Assembly: GCA_903830285.1 (NCBI GenBank)
Contig: CAIKTE010000180.1
Location: forward strand, 2,660 to 66,659
Direction: 5' to 3'
Origin: an uncultured Chitinophagaceae bacterium
GTDB lineage: Bacteria > Bacteroidota > Bacteroidia > Chitinophagales > Chitinophagaceae
Length of the DNA stretch: 64,000 nucleotides
Shown here in pieces: positions 28,536 to 37,149 of the stretch. The position numbers and the translations under genes were made by a program. Positions within the stretch are counted from its first letter, which is position 1, and each line of letters opens with the position of its first letter. Under the pieces are notes generated by a model that did not search any database, had not been told where the DNA came from, and saw nothing but the letters and a program-made list of their open reading frames with translations.

Positions 28536-31172
28536 ATGTCGAAATCTGCATCCGATACACCTTTAATGCAACAGCACAAGGCTATTAAACAAAGATATCC
28601 TGATGCCATTTTATTGTTTCGTGTAGGGGATTTTTATGAAACATTCGGGGAAGATGCCATAAAAGCTTCGGCAGTATTGGGCATTACATTAACAAAGAGA
28701 AATAATGGTGCTGCAAATTCATCAGAACTGGCAGGTTTTCCACATCATGCATTGGATACTTATTTGCATAAATTGGTAAAAGCAGGTTATCGTGTCGCTA
28801 TCTGCGATCAACTCGAAGATCCTAAACAAGCGAAGGGCATCGTTAAACGCGGCGTAACAGAATTGGTAACTCCCGGTATTGCCACCAACGATAAATTATT
28901 AGAACATAACAGTAATAATTTTTTAGCCGCTATTCATTTCAATGAAGCAAATATAGGTGTGGCATTTTTGGATATTTCAACAGGTGAATTTTTTGTTGCA
29001 GAAGGGGATGTGGAATACATTGATAAATTATTACAGAGTTTAAAACCCGCTGAAGTTATTTTCCAACGCAGTTTTCAAAAACATTTTAAAGAAACATTCG
29101 GAGCTAAATTCTATACTTACACTTTAGAGAGCTGGATCTTTGATGAAGCATTTGCTACTGAAACTTTACTAAAACATTTTCAAACACATTCGCTGAAAGG
29201 ATATGGTGTTGAAAATATGCAGCACGGAATTATTGCTGCAGGAGCTGTGTTATATTATTTGAAAGAAACCGAGCATCCCAACTTACAACATATCTCTGCG
29301 GTTCAAAGAATTGAAAGAGATGATTTTTTGTGGATGGATCGTTTCACCATTCGCAATCTCGAAATATTAAACAGCGGTGCAGGTGAAGGCAACAGTTTAT
29401 TAAAAGTGTTAGACAATACAGTAAGTGCCATGGGTGCACGTTTGCTGAAACGATGGACTGTATTCCCATTGAAAGACATTAAAAAAATAAATGAGCGACT
29501 TGATACGGTTGAATTATTGATCAAAGAAACTGATGCCAGGCATCATTTAGCACAATATATTAAGCATTGCGGTGATATTGAAAGGTTGGTGAGTAAGATC
29601 CCAATGAAAAAGATCAATCCGCGTGAAGTGATGCAACTTGCCAAAGGACTCCAACAAACCGCAAGTATCAAAACTGTTTGTGAATCTTCTTCCAATGCCT
29701 ATTTAAAAAGATTAGGAGACGGATTAAATTGCTGCCATTTTATTTTAGAAAAAATATTAAATGAGTTCATTGAGACACCACCGGTTGCTGCAAGTAAAGG
29801 CGGGGTGATCAAAGAAGGTGTTCATAAAGAATTGGATGAATTGAGAAAAATAGCAAGTGGTGGTAAAGATTATCTCATTAATATTCAACAACGTGAATCT
29901 GAGAATACTGGTATTTCTTCTTTAAAGATCAGTTTCAATAATGTATTCGGCTATTATCTGGAAGTAACGAATCTTCATAAAAATAAAGTTCCGGCAGATT
30001 GGATCCGCAAACAAACACTTGCCAATGCTGAGCGTTATATCACTCCTGAATTAAAAGAATACGAAGAGAAAATCATAGGTGCAGAAGATAAGATCTTAGC
30101 CATTGAAATGGATTTGTACGATCAGTTGCTGATAGCATTACAGGATTATATTACAGCAATACAAATCAATGGAAATATCATAGCCATCATTGATTGCCTG
30201 ATCTGTTTTGCAGAAAATGCATTAAGGTTTAATTATAAAAAACCGCAATTGCATGACGGGCTGGAATTAGAGCTCAAAGAAAGCAGGCATCCCGTTATCG
30301 AAAGAAATCTGACTGCAGGTGAAACGTATATTGCCAATGATATCACTCTTGATCCATTGGCACAACAGATCATTATTTTGACAGGCCCAAATATGAGTGG
30401 AAAGAGTGCTATACTCAGGCAAACAGCACTCATTACATTAATGGCCCATATGGGAAGCTTTGTTCCTGCTGTATTTGCTAAGATCCCTTTAACAGATAAA
30501 ATATTTACACGTGTTGGTGCCAGCGATAATTTAAGCGGCGGTGAAAGTACCTTCATGGTTGAGATGAATGAAACGGCCAGCATCATTAATAATATTTCTC
30601 CACGTAGCCTGATATTGCTCGATGAAATTGGAAGAGGCACATCTACTTACGATGGTATTTCCATTGCATGGAGCATTGTTGAATTTTTACATAGTTCACC
30701 TTCAGCACCCAAAACTTTATTTGCAACACATTATCATGAGTTGAATGAACTTGAGGAAAAATTGCCGAGAGTAAAAAATTATCATGTTACCAATAAAGAG
30801 ATTGGCAATAAAATTATTTTTCTACGCAAATTAGCCCCAGGAGGAAGTACACATAGTTTTGGTATCCATGTAGCAAAAATGGCTGGAATGCCGCCCAGTT
30901 TGATTGATAGGGCAAATGAGATATTGAAGCAGTTAGAGGATAGTCGGGAGTCGGAGGTCGGGAATCTGGAGTCGAAATCCAAGAGTCAAAAAGCAACATT
31001 AGATCAGGTAATTAAACAAATAGGAAGTCCGCAAATGCAACTCTCCATCTTCGATGCGCATTCACAAACATTCGATGAGATGAGAAAGATGCTGACAGAA
31101 ATGGATATAAACCGCCTGACTCCAGTCGAAGCTTTGATGAAGTTGAATGAAATAAAAAATCTTCTCAAATAA
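28536..31172 (+). CDS. mutS: DNA mismatch repair protein MutS
   Basis: TPLMQQH..IK..YPDAILLFRVGDFYETFGEDA, Walker A GPNMSGKS, DEIGRGTSTYDG and TLFATHYHEL. I prefer the start at ATG 28536 (track ORF opens at 28518). Confidence 0.97.
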   Translation: MSKSASDTPLMQQHKAIKQRYPDAILLFRVGDFYETFGEDAIKASAVLGITLTKRNNGAANSSELAGFPHHALDTYLHKLVKAGYRVAICDQLEDPKQAKGIVKRGVTELVTPGIATNDKLLEHNSNNFLAAIHFNEANIGVAFLDISTGEFFVAEGDVEYIDKLLQSLKPAEVIFQRSFQKHFKETFGAKFYTYTLESWIFDEAFATETLLKHFQTHSLKGYGVENMQHGIIAAGAVLYYLKETEHPNLQHISAVQRIERDDFLWMDRFTIRNLEILNSGAGEGNSLLKVLDNTVSAMGARLLKRWTVFPLKDIKKINERLDTVELLIKETDARHHLAQYIKHCGDIERLVSKIPMKKINPREVMQLAKGLQQTASIKTVCESSSNAYLKRLGDGLNCCHFILEKILNEFIETPPVAASKGGVIKEGVHKELDELRKIASGGKDYLINIQQRESENTGISSLKISFNNVFGYYLEVTNLHKNKVPADWIRKQTLANAERYITPELKEYEEKIIGAEDKILAIEMDLYDQLLIALQDYITAIQINGNIIAIIDCLICFAENALRFNYKKPQLHDGLELELKESRHPVIERNLTAGETYIANDITLDPLAQQIIILTGPNMSGKSAILRQTALITLMAHMGSFVPAVFAKIPLTDKIFTRVGASDNLSGGESTFMVEMNETASIINNISPRSLILLDEIGRGTSTYDGISIAWSIVEFLHSSPSAPKTLFATHYHELNELEEKLPRVKNYHVTNKEIGNKIIFLRKLAPGGSTHSFGIHVAKMAGMPPSLIDRANEILKQLEDSRESEVGNLESKSKSQKATLDQVIKQIGSPQMQLSIFDAHSQTFDEMRKMLTEMDINRLTPVEALMKLNEIKNLLK
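30942..30990 (+). repeat. degenerate 7-bp tandem tract (7 units, AGTCGGR-like) within the mutS C-terminal linker
   Basis: AGTCGGG AGTCGGA GGTCGGG AATCTGG AGTCGAA ATCCAAG AGTCAAA, read directly from the sequence. Confidence 0.85.
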
Positions 31173-31189
31173 GAACTGTGATTTGTCCT

Positions 31190-32299
31190 ATGAACAAGAA
31201 GCAAATAATATTAGTCTTACTTATCTGTTTCATATCTATCCCGGCTTCAATACTTTCTCAAAAAAAAGAGGCACGTAAAAGTTTTTGTGTATTTGGTTAT
31301 TATGCAGGAAGACCAACAATGATCGACAGTTTCCCGATAGAAAAATTAACGCATCTCTGTTTTAGTTTCACTCATTTGAAAGGAAATAGAATAGCTGTTT
31401 CTAATTTAAGAGATACTTTAGCAATCTTAAATTGTGTTGCCATAAAAAAAAGAAATCCGAACTTAAAAGTGATCATTTCAATGGGTGGCTGGACAGGATG
31501 TTATACTTGTTCAGCTATTTTTTCATCTGATAGTTCCAGAAAAATATTTGCTTCTTCTGTAAAACAATTACTCGATTATTTTAAAGCCGATGGTATTGAT
31601 CTGGACTGGGAATATCCGGCTATTAAAGGCCCGCTCGGACATCCTTACGACCGAAGTGATAAAGAAAGTTTCACGGCATTGATCAAAACATTAAGGGATA
31701 GTTTAGGAATAGGAAAAGAAATAAGCTTTGCTGCCGGCGGCTTTACCAAATACATTAATGAATCTGTTGAATGGGACAAAGTGGCTCCGCTGGTGGATCG
31801 AATTAATATAATGACTTACGATCTGATCACCGGGTATGATACCATTACCGGCCATCACACCGCCTTATATTCAACGCGCCATCAAAAAGAATCCTGCGAC
31901 AATGCAGTGAGAATGCTGACTAAAAAAGGTGTACCAAAAAGCAAGCTTCTAATTGGAGCTGCATTTTATGCTAGGATCTGGGAAAATGTTTCTGCAGTAG
32001 ATAATGGTTTATATCAACCTGGTCAATTTTTAAGCGGTGTTTCTTTCAAAAATTTTTCTTCTTCTTTATCAAAAGATAGTGGCTTTATTTATCACTGGGA
32101 TAATAAGGCGAATGCAGCATCTTTATATAATCCTCAGAAAAAGTGGCTGGTAACTTTTGACGATAGCGCCTCCATTTCATTAAAAATAAAATATGCCTTG
32201 AAAAAAAGGCTTAACGGCATCATGTTTTGGCAATTGGCGGATGATAGTTTTCAGAATGGCCTATTAGATGTCATTGACTCTTTCAGGAAAAGTAAATAG
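31190..32299 (+). CDS. glycoside hydrolase family 18 (chitinase-like), secreted
   Basis: DGIDLDWEYP catalytic motif (DxxDxDxE), SMGGW, MTYD. Signal peptide from MNKKQIILVLLICFISIPASILS. Track ORF opens at GTG 31178. Confidence 0.88.
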   Translation: MNKKQIILVLLICFISIPASILSQKKEARKSFCVFGYYAGRPTMIDSFPIEKLTHLCFSFTHLKGNRIAVSNLRDTLAILNCVAIKKRNPNLKVIISMGGWTGCYTCSAIFSSDSSRKIFASSVKQLLDYFKADGIDLDWEYPAIKGPLGHPYDRSDKESFTALIKTLRDSLGIGKEISFAAGGFTKYINESVEWDKVAPLVDRINIMTYDLITGYDTITGHHTALYSTRHQKESCDNAVRMLTKKGVPKSKLLIGAAFYARIWENVSAVDNGLYQPGQFLSGVSFKNFSSSLSKDSGFIYHWDNKANAASLYNPQKKWLVTFDDSASISLKIKYALKKRLNGIMFWQLADDSFQNGLLDVIDSFRKSK

Positions 32300-32421
32300 T
32301 TAAAGTCTGATTAAAAATTACTACTAGCTTATTTATTAATTGTTATCAAAGCGTTATAATAGCACTATATAAGTAACTACTGCATAGTCTTTGTATCTAT
32401 ACTAGTATAAAAATAAAGGTT

Positions 32422-32793
32422 ATGAAAAAATTATTAATGATCATCTTATCAGTATCATTATTCTCAGCAGTTACTGCACAAAGGCATGGCGTAGTAGTTG
32501 TAAGGTCTTATGCGCCGGTTTATTCAAGCTTTAACGTAGGCCTTGGTTACGGGTATTCCCCATTTTATAATCCATACTATTCTCCATATGGATATAATAA
32601 TAATTACAGGCCCTCAAAATTGGATAATCAGATCGCAGACATAACACATGATTATGCCGATAAGATCGAGTCTGTCCGTTTGTATAAAACACTTTCCGGT
32701 TCACAGAGAAGGGAAGAAATCAGAAATCTTAAAAAAGAGCGAGACAATGAAATCAACGAGGTTAAAATTAATTATCATAAACAAAAAAGCTGA
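32422..32793 (+). CDS. small secreted protein with Y/P/N-rich segment and charged C-terminal helix
   Basis: Signal peptide MKKLLMIILSVSLFSAVTA. GYGYSPFYNPYYSPYGYNNNY. Followed by a terminator. Confidence 0.6.
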   Translation: MKKLLMIILSVSLFSAVTAQRHGVVVVRSYAPVYSSFNVGLGYGYSPFYNPYYSPYGYNNNYRPSKLDNQIADITHDYADKIESVRLYKTLSGSQRREEIRNLKKERDNEINEVKINYHKQKS

Positions 32794-32801
32794 TGAATGA
32801 T

Positions 32802-32835
32802 AAAGCGTTGTAAAATTTATAACGCTTTATTATTG
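32802..32835 (+). terminator. Rho-independent terminator
   Basis: AAAGCGTT-loop-AACGCTTT followed by ATTATTG. Confidence 0.55.
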
Positions 32836-33013
32836 TTGAAAATCTTACCCCTGCTATTTTACTGGGTTTTGAATCAGTGTCATTCTTTAGCTTAGCAAGG
32901 TTGTGTCATTCAGTTGTAAATTCTGTTTATCTATCTGCAAATAAAACCATAAATTCATTTGTTAACATGGTAAAAAATATTTTCTTTTTAATTTCATGCT
33001 ATAAATTGATCTC

Positions 33014-33955
33014 ATGAAAAAGCTGATTAAATTTTTTGCCTATTTCCTTTTATCAACAATAATACCTTTAATTATTTTTCTCTCTACATTATTAGAAAAA
33101 GATATTCCTGTTGAACAATTAAAACCCAAATACACAAATGCTTCTTCGCATTTTATGCCATTGATGGGTATGCAAGTGCATTATCGTGATGAAGGAAATA
33201 CAAATGATTCTGTTCCTTTGATATTACTGCATGGCATGTCATCTTCTTTGAATACCTGGGATAGTGTTGTATTGTTTTTATTGAATGGACAAAAAAGGTT
33301 GATCAGCATTGATCTGCCTGCTTTTGGATTAACGGGGCCAAATCCTGAAAACACATACAGTTTTGCATATTACAATCAATTCTTAGATTCATTTTTTAAC
33401 CAACTGCATATTACAAGATGTATGATCGCAGGTAATTCATTAGGCGGTGCGATCGCATGGGAATATGCCGCAGTACATCATACTATTTCTAAATTAATAT
33501 TGATTGATGCAGCGGGTTATCCAATAAAAAACGCAAAAGGTTCTATTGGTTTTAAGATCGCATCAACACCTGTTATCAATAATCTCCTATTGTATATTAC
33601 CCCGAAATCGTTGGTGCGTAAAAGTCTGGAAGGAATTTATTTTGATAAGACGAGAGTAACTGATGCCCAGGTAGAGCGTTTTCATGATGTTGCCATCAGC
33701 GAAGGGAACAGAAAGGCTGCTTTAACAATTTTCAAAAAAGGGTTTGAAAAAGAGCCTGAAAAGATCAATATGATAACTGCCCCCACATTGATCATATGGG
33801 GCGATCATGATCAAGTAATTCCCTTAGAAAATGCCTATTTGTTCGAAAAGAATATTAAAGGAAGCAAGCTAGAGGTATTAAAGAATATTGGACATGTTCC
33901 GATGGAAGAAGCACCCAAGAAAGTTGCGGACCTGATCGCATCTTTTATCAGATAG
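33014..33955 (+). CDS. alpha/beta hydrolase (membrane-anchored or secreted)
   Basis: HGMSSS oxyanion region, GNSLGG nucleophile elbow, late D and H (GDHDQV, GHVPMEE). Confidence 0.85.
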   Translation: MKKLIKFFAYFLLSTIIPLIIFLSTLLEKDIPVEQLKPKYTNASSHFMPLMGMQVHYRDEGNTNDSVPLILLHGMSSSLNTWDSVVLFLLNGQKRLISIDLPAFGLTGPNPENTYSFAYYNQFLDSFFNQLHITRCMIAGNSLGGAIAWEYAAVHHTISKLILIDAAGYPIKNAKGSIGFKIASTPVINNLLLYITPKSLVRKSLEGIYFDKTRVTDAQVERFHDVAISEGNRKAALTIFKKGFEKEPEKINMITAPTLIIWGDHDQVIPLENAYLFEKNIKGSKLEVLKNIGHVPMEEAPKKVADLIASFIR

Positions 33956-34002
33956 AATTAGACTAAGTTTTTTCAAAAAGTTAAATATTGTTTTGAACGT
34001 AC

Positions 34003-34054
34003 AAGTGTGCCCCGAGGGGATTCCTTTGGAACGACGCAAGCGCAGATGCATAAA
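34003..34054 (-). repeat. dispersed intergenic element, copy A (inverted relative to copies B and C)
   Basis: The reverse complement reads TTTAT-GCATC-tgcgc-TTGCGTCG-TTCCAAAGGAA-TCCCCTCGGGG-CACACTT. It aligns with 63689-63741 and 43027-43057. Confidence 0.85.
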
Positions 34055-34094
34055 GAATCAGAAGCTGATTTAACACATGCCATTTTATTGATCT

Positions 34095-35693
34095 TTGTTA
34101 TGCGCTCTGCAAATTGTATCTTTGCAAAAATCTTTACGCATTTTGAGAAGAAAGATAAAATATTATCGACTCATCTGGCTAAAGCACGATCTTCCCGCAG
34201 GTTTATCTGTTTTTTTAGTTGCACTACCACTTTGTCTGGGTATAGCACTTGCATCCGGAGCTCCTTTATACGCAGGCATTTTATCAGGCATTATTGGAGG
34301 TATTGTTGTTTCTGTCGTAAGCGGATCTCAATTAGGCGTTTCCGGTCCAGGTGCCGGATTATCTACCGTTGTAGCAGCTTCCATTATTTCTTTGGGCGAT
34401 TATAAAGTATTTCTTTTATCGGTGATGGTTGCGGGATTATTTCAAATATTCCTTGGTTTCTTAAAATTAGGGGTGATCGCTAATTATTTTCCTTCAGCTG
34501 TAATTAAAGGAATGCTGGCAGCAATCGGGATCATTTTGATCTCTAAACAAATTCCCGTTGCTTTGGGTTATGATCAACCTGATTTCTGGGACAGTGGATT
34601 TTTACGTTTGTTCTCACCAAGAAATTCATTGAGTGTTATTGATAATTTTAATAAGCATACAACAAGAGGTGCCATCATTATTACATCAGCATCACTTGCT
34701 GTATTTTTTATTCTAAAAAAATATTTCCCTGTCAGGCATACTTTGTTACCAGCGCCATTGTTGGCAGTTGCAGCGGGAATCGTTATTAATTCAGTCTTTT
34801 CGATGATCGCTTCCGATCTTTTATTAAAACAAACACAGTTGGTGAATATTCCGCATAACTTATTCGGCCAAATAACATTCCCTGATTTTTCGAAAATATT
34901 TTCAACTGCTGAAATATGGAAAGACGGATTGATCATTGGTTTATTGGCAACTTTAGAAACATTACTATGTTGCGAAGCGATAGATAAATTAGATGTTCGT
35001 AACAGAATTACACCTGTAAACAGAGAATTGTTTGCACAGGGTATAGGAAATATACTTTGCGGTTTAGTTGGTGCAATCCCTATGACAGCAGTGATCGTAA
35101 GAGGTTCTGCCAATATAGATGCAGGCGGCAGAACAAAACTCTCTGCATTTACACACGGCTTATTTTTATTATTGGCAGTGTTGTTAATTCCTTTTGTAGT
35201 GAATATGATCCCATATGCTTCACTAGCTGCAGTATTGATTGTTACAGGCTTTAATTTGACAAAACCGAAACTTTATCGAAATATGTGGAGTTTAGGGTGG
35301 AAGCAATTTCTCCCTTTCATTTTAACCATCGTAGTTATACTGCTCACTGATCTTTTGGTAGGAGTTTGTATAGGCTTATTACTCTCGATTTATTTTATTA
35401 TTCAAAATAATTTTACTGCAGAATACAAGATCCAGAAAAAAAAGGAACATGCTACAGAAGTATTTTACATTAAACTGAACAGCATGGTCACTTTTTTAAA
35501 TAAAGTGAACCTAAAAGAAGCACTGGACCAAATACCTGAATATTCTGTTTTAACGATAGATGGAAGTGAAAGCCGCTTCATTGATTATGATATACTTGAG
35601 ATCATCAGTGAATACAGCAATAAAGCACATGATAGGCATATTGAACTGCACTTAAATGGTATTGAAAAAGTAAATATTACTGCCATTCACTAA
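34095..35693 (+). CDS. SulP family inorganic anion transporter with C-terminal STAS domain
   Basis: DLPAGLSVFLVALPLCLGIALASGAP, many TM helices, and a STAS-like C-terminal region (YIKLNSMVTFLN...LTIDGSESRFIDYDILEII). The start is uncertain: TTG 34095 per the track, while an in-frame TTG at 34143 follows a TATCTTTG box. Confidence 0.85.
   Translation: MLCALQIVSLQKSLRILRRKIKYYRLIWLKHDLPAGLSVFLVALPLCLGIALASGAPLYAGILSGIIGGIVVSVVSGSQLGVSGPGAGLSTVVAASIISLGDYKVFLLSVMVAGLFQIFLGFLKLGVIANYFPSAVIKGMLAAIGIILISKQIPVALGYDQPDFWDSGFLRLFSPRNSLSVIDNFNKHTTRGAIIITSASLAVFFILKKYFPVRHTLLPAPLLAVAAGIVINSVFSMIASDLLLKQTQLVNIPHNLFGQITFPDFSKIFSTAEIWKDGLIIGLLATLETLLCCEAIDKLDVRNRITPVNRELFAQGIGNILCGLVGAIPMTAVIVRGSANIDAGGRTKLSAFTHGLFLLLAVLLIPFVVNMIPYASLAAVLIVTGFNLTKPKLYRNMWSLGWKQFLPFILTIVVILLTDLLVGVCIGLLLSIYFIIQNNFTAEYKIQKKKEHATEVFYIKLNSMVTFLNKVNLKEALDQIPEYSVLTIDGSESRFIDYDILEIISEYSNKAHDRHIELHLNGIEKVNITAIH
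34117..34124 (+). promoter_or_regulatory. candidate -7 promoter box (TATCTTTG) for the SulP gene
   Basis: Exact TAnnTTTG match. It lies inside the 5' extension of the track ORF, which argues for a later start. Confidence 0.3.
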
Positions 35694-35743
35694 TAATTTC
35701 ATGTAAATAACTCATTCTCAAGTTTTACAAAAAATTGTAGCTC

Positions 35744-35765
35744 AAACTGCAAACGTTTGCAGTTT
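35744..35765. promoter_or_regulatory. perfect 22-bp palindrome AAACTGCAAACGTTTGCAGTTT (LacI/PurR-type operator-like)
   Basis: Perfect dyad centred on CG. The core TGCAAACGTTTGCA fits the TGnAAnCGnTTnCA pattern of LacI-family operators. It lies about 105 bp upstream of 35869. Confidence 0.5.
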
Positions 35766-35868
35766 ATAGCATGTAAAGAACATGAGAAGTGTCATCTTTT
35801 TACTATTCGATTTCTTCTAATTTTCGCCGGCTAAAACGATTGCTTCACACATTTCTCATACCCTTATT

Positions 35869-36954
35869 ATGTCAACTGCAAATTATGATTTCAAATCAGG
35901 AGACCAATTATCTCCTCGTTCCATTTTGCTCTGGCGAATTGTACAAACTGCTGTTTGGTTAGTAGGTGTCATTATCTTAACATGTTTATTATTTTTTCCA
36001 TCGGTTGGTGTTATTTTATTCTGGAATATTTTGATCCCAGTTGCTCCCGTATTATTTGTTGTTGCTGTTGGCGTATGGAGAAATGTTTGCCCGTTAGCTA
36101 CTACTAATTTATTACCCAGACAATTGGGTTTATCTAAAAGTAAAAAACTAAGCGCTAAACAATTAGGTCAGCTTAATCTGATAGCAGTAATTGCATTATT
36201 TGTGATCGTGCCTTTACGTCACGCAGTATTCAATAACAATGGCGTAGCTACAGGAATAATGATCATTGCAATGGCGGCCATTGGTGTAACGATGGGATTC
36301 TTTTATGAATGGAAAAGTGCCTGGTGTTCAGGATTATGTCCAGTTCATCCTGTTGAAAAACTATATGGAGGTAATGTTTTATTGTCTGTACCCAATGCCA
36401 ATTGTGATCAATGCATGAATTGTGTGATCCCATGTCCTGATTCAACGCCTAATCTAAATCCTAAAATTTATGCCAAAACAGTGTATCATAAGATAAGTGG
36501 TTTATTGATCATTGGTGGTTTACCGGGCTTTATCTGGGGTTGGTTTCATGTACCCGATGAACATCAGATCACATCATTTGCCACATTCTTTGGGGTATAT
36601 GAAATTCCATTGATGGGACTTGCTGTAACGCTTGTAGCTTATTTAATATTATCAAATGTTATTGATGCTAAATATGAAAGGAAACTGATCAGCATATTTG
36701 CAGCATCTGGTGTTTCTTGTTATTATTGGTACAGAATACCTGCTTTGATCGGCTTTGGCAAGTTCGCTCCCGACGGATTATTATACAGTCTGAAGGATGT
36801 CATTCCAGAATGGATCGTTCCTATCATACCTATTCTAACAACGGTTTTCTTTTTCTATTGGCTGGTTATCCGCAAACGGAATAACAGAAGTTGGGTGATC
36901 AGGCCGCAATTTGCCAATAAAGCAGAAAATCTGCAGACAAAGTTATCTGCATAA
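35869..36954 (+). CDS. polytopic membrane protein with NapH/MauN-like cysteine motifs (putative 4Fe-4S binding)
   Basis: WRNVCPLAT, WCSGLCPVHP and CDQCMNCVIPCPD (CxxCxxCxxxCP), plus about 8 TM helices. Confidence 0.7.
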   Translation: MSTANYDFKSGDQLSPRSILLWRIVQTAVWLVGVIILTCLLFFPSVGVILFWNILIPVAPVLFVVAVGVWRNVCPLATTNLLPRQLGLSKSKKLSAKQLGQLNLIAVIALFVIVPLRHAVFNNNGVATGIMIIAMAAIGVTMGFFYEWKSAWCSGLCPVHPVEKLYGGNVLLSVPNANCDQCMNCVIPCPDSTPNLNPKIYAKTVYHKISGLLIIGGLPGFIWGWFHVPDEHQITSFATFFGVYEIPLMGLAVTLVAYLILSNVIDAKYERKLISIFAASGVSCYYWYRIPALIGFGKFAPDGLLYSLKDVIPEWIVPIIPILTTVFFFYWLVIRKRNNRSWVIRPQFANKAENLQTKLSA

Positions 36955-37149
36955 GATATATTGTACTTACTGAATTAATATTCTCAAGAAATCAATTATC
37001 TTTTCAGTTCGGAAGAGCTGTTTGAGATAATTGACCTTTTTGCTTTAGCATTTTCCTGGTAGTAACTAAGAAGGATGATTTATGCAATAAAATGTTTTAT
37101 CAAAAACAACTAATACGGTTTATGAACTTTTTTTACTAAATCGATTGCT

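Noticed and set aside
30233-31204. Minus-strand ORFs inside mutS, including the PTSD/PTPD-rich ones
   Set aside because: They are shadow frames. The proline/threonine-rich peptides are the reverse reading of the heptanucleotide tract, not genes.
34007-34405. 132-aa + strand ORF upstream of and overlapping the SulP gene
   Set aside because: It is Arg/Cys/Ser-rich nonsense sequence in a different frame from the obvious SulP frame, and it begins inside the dispersed repeat element.
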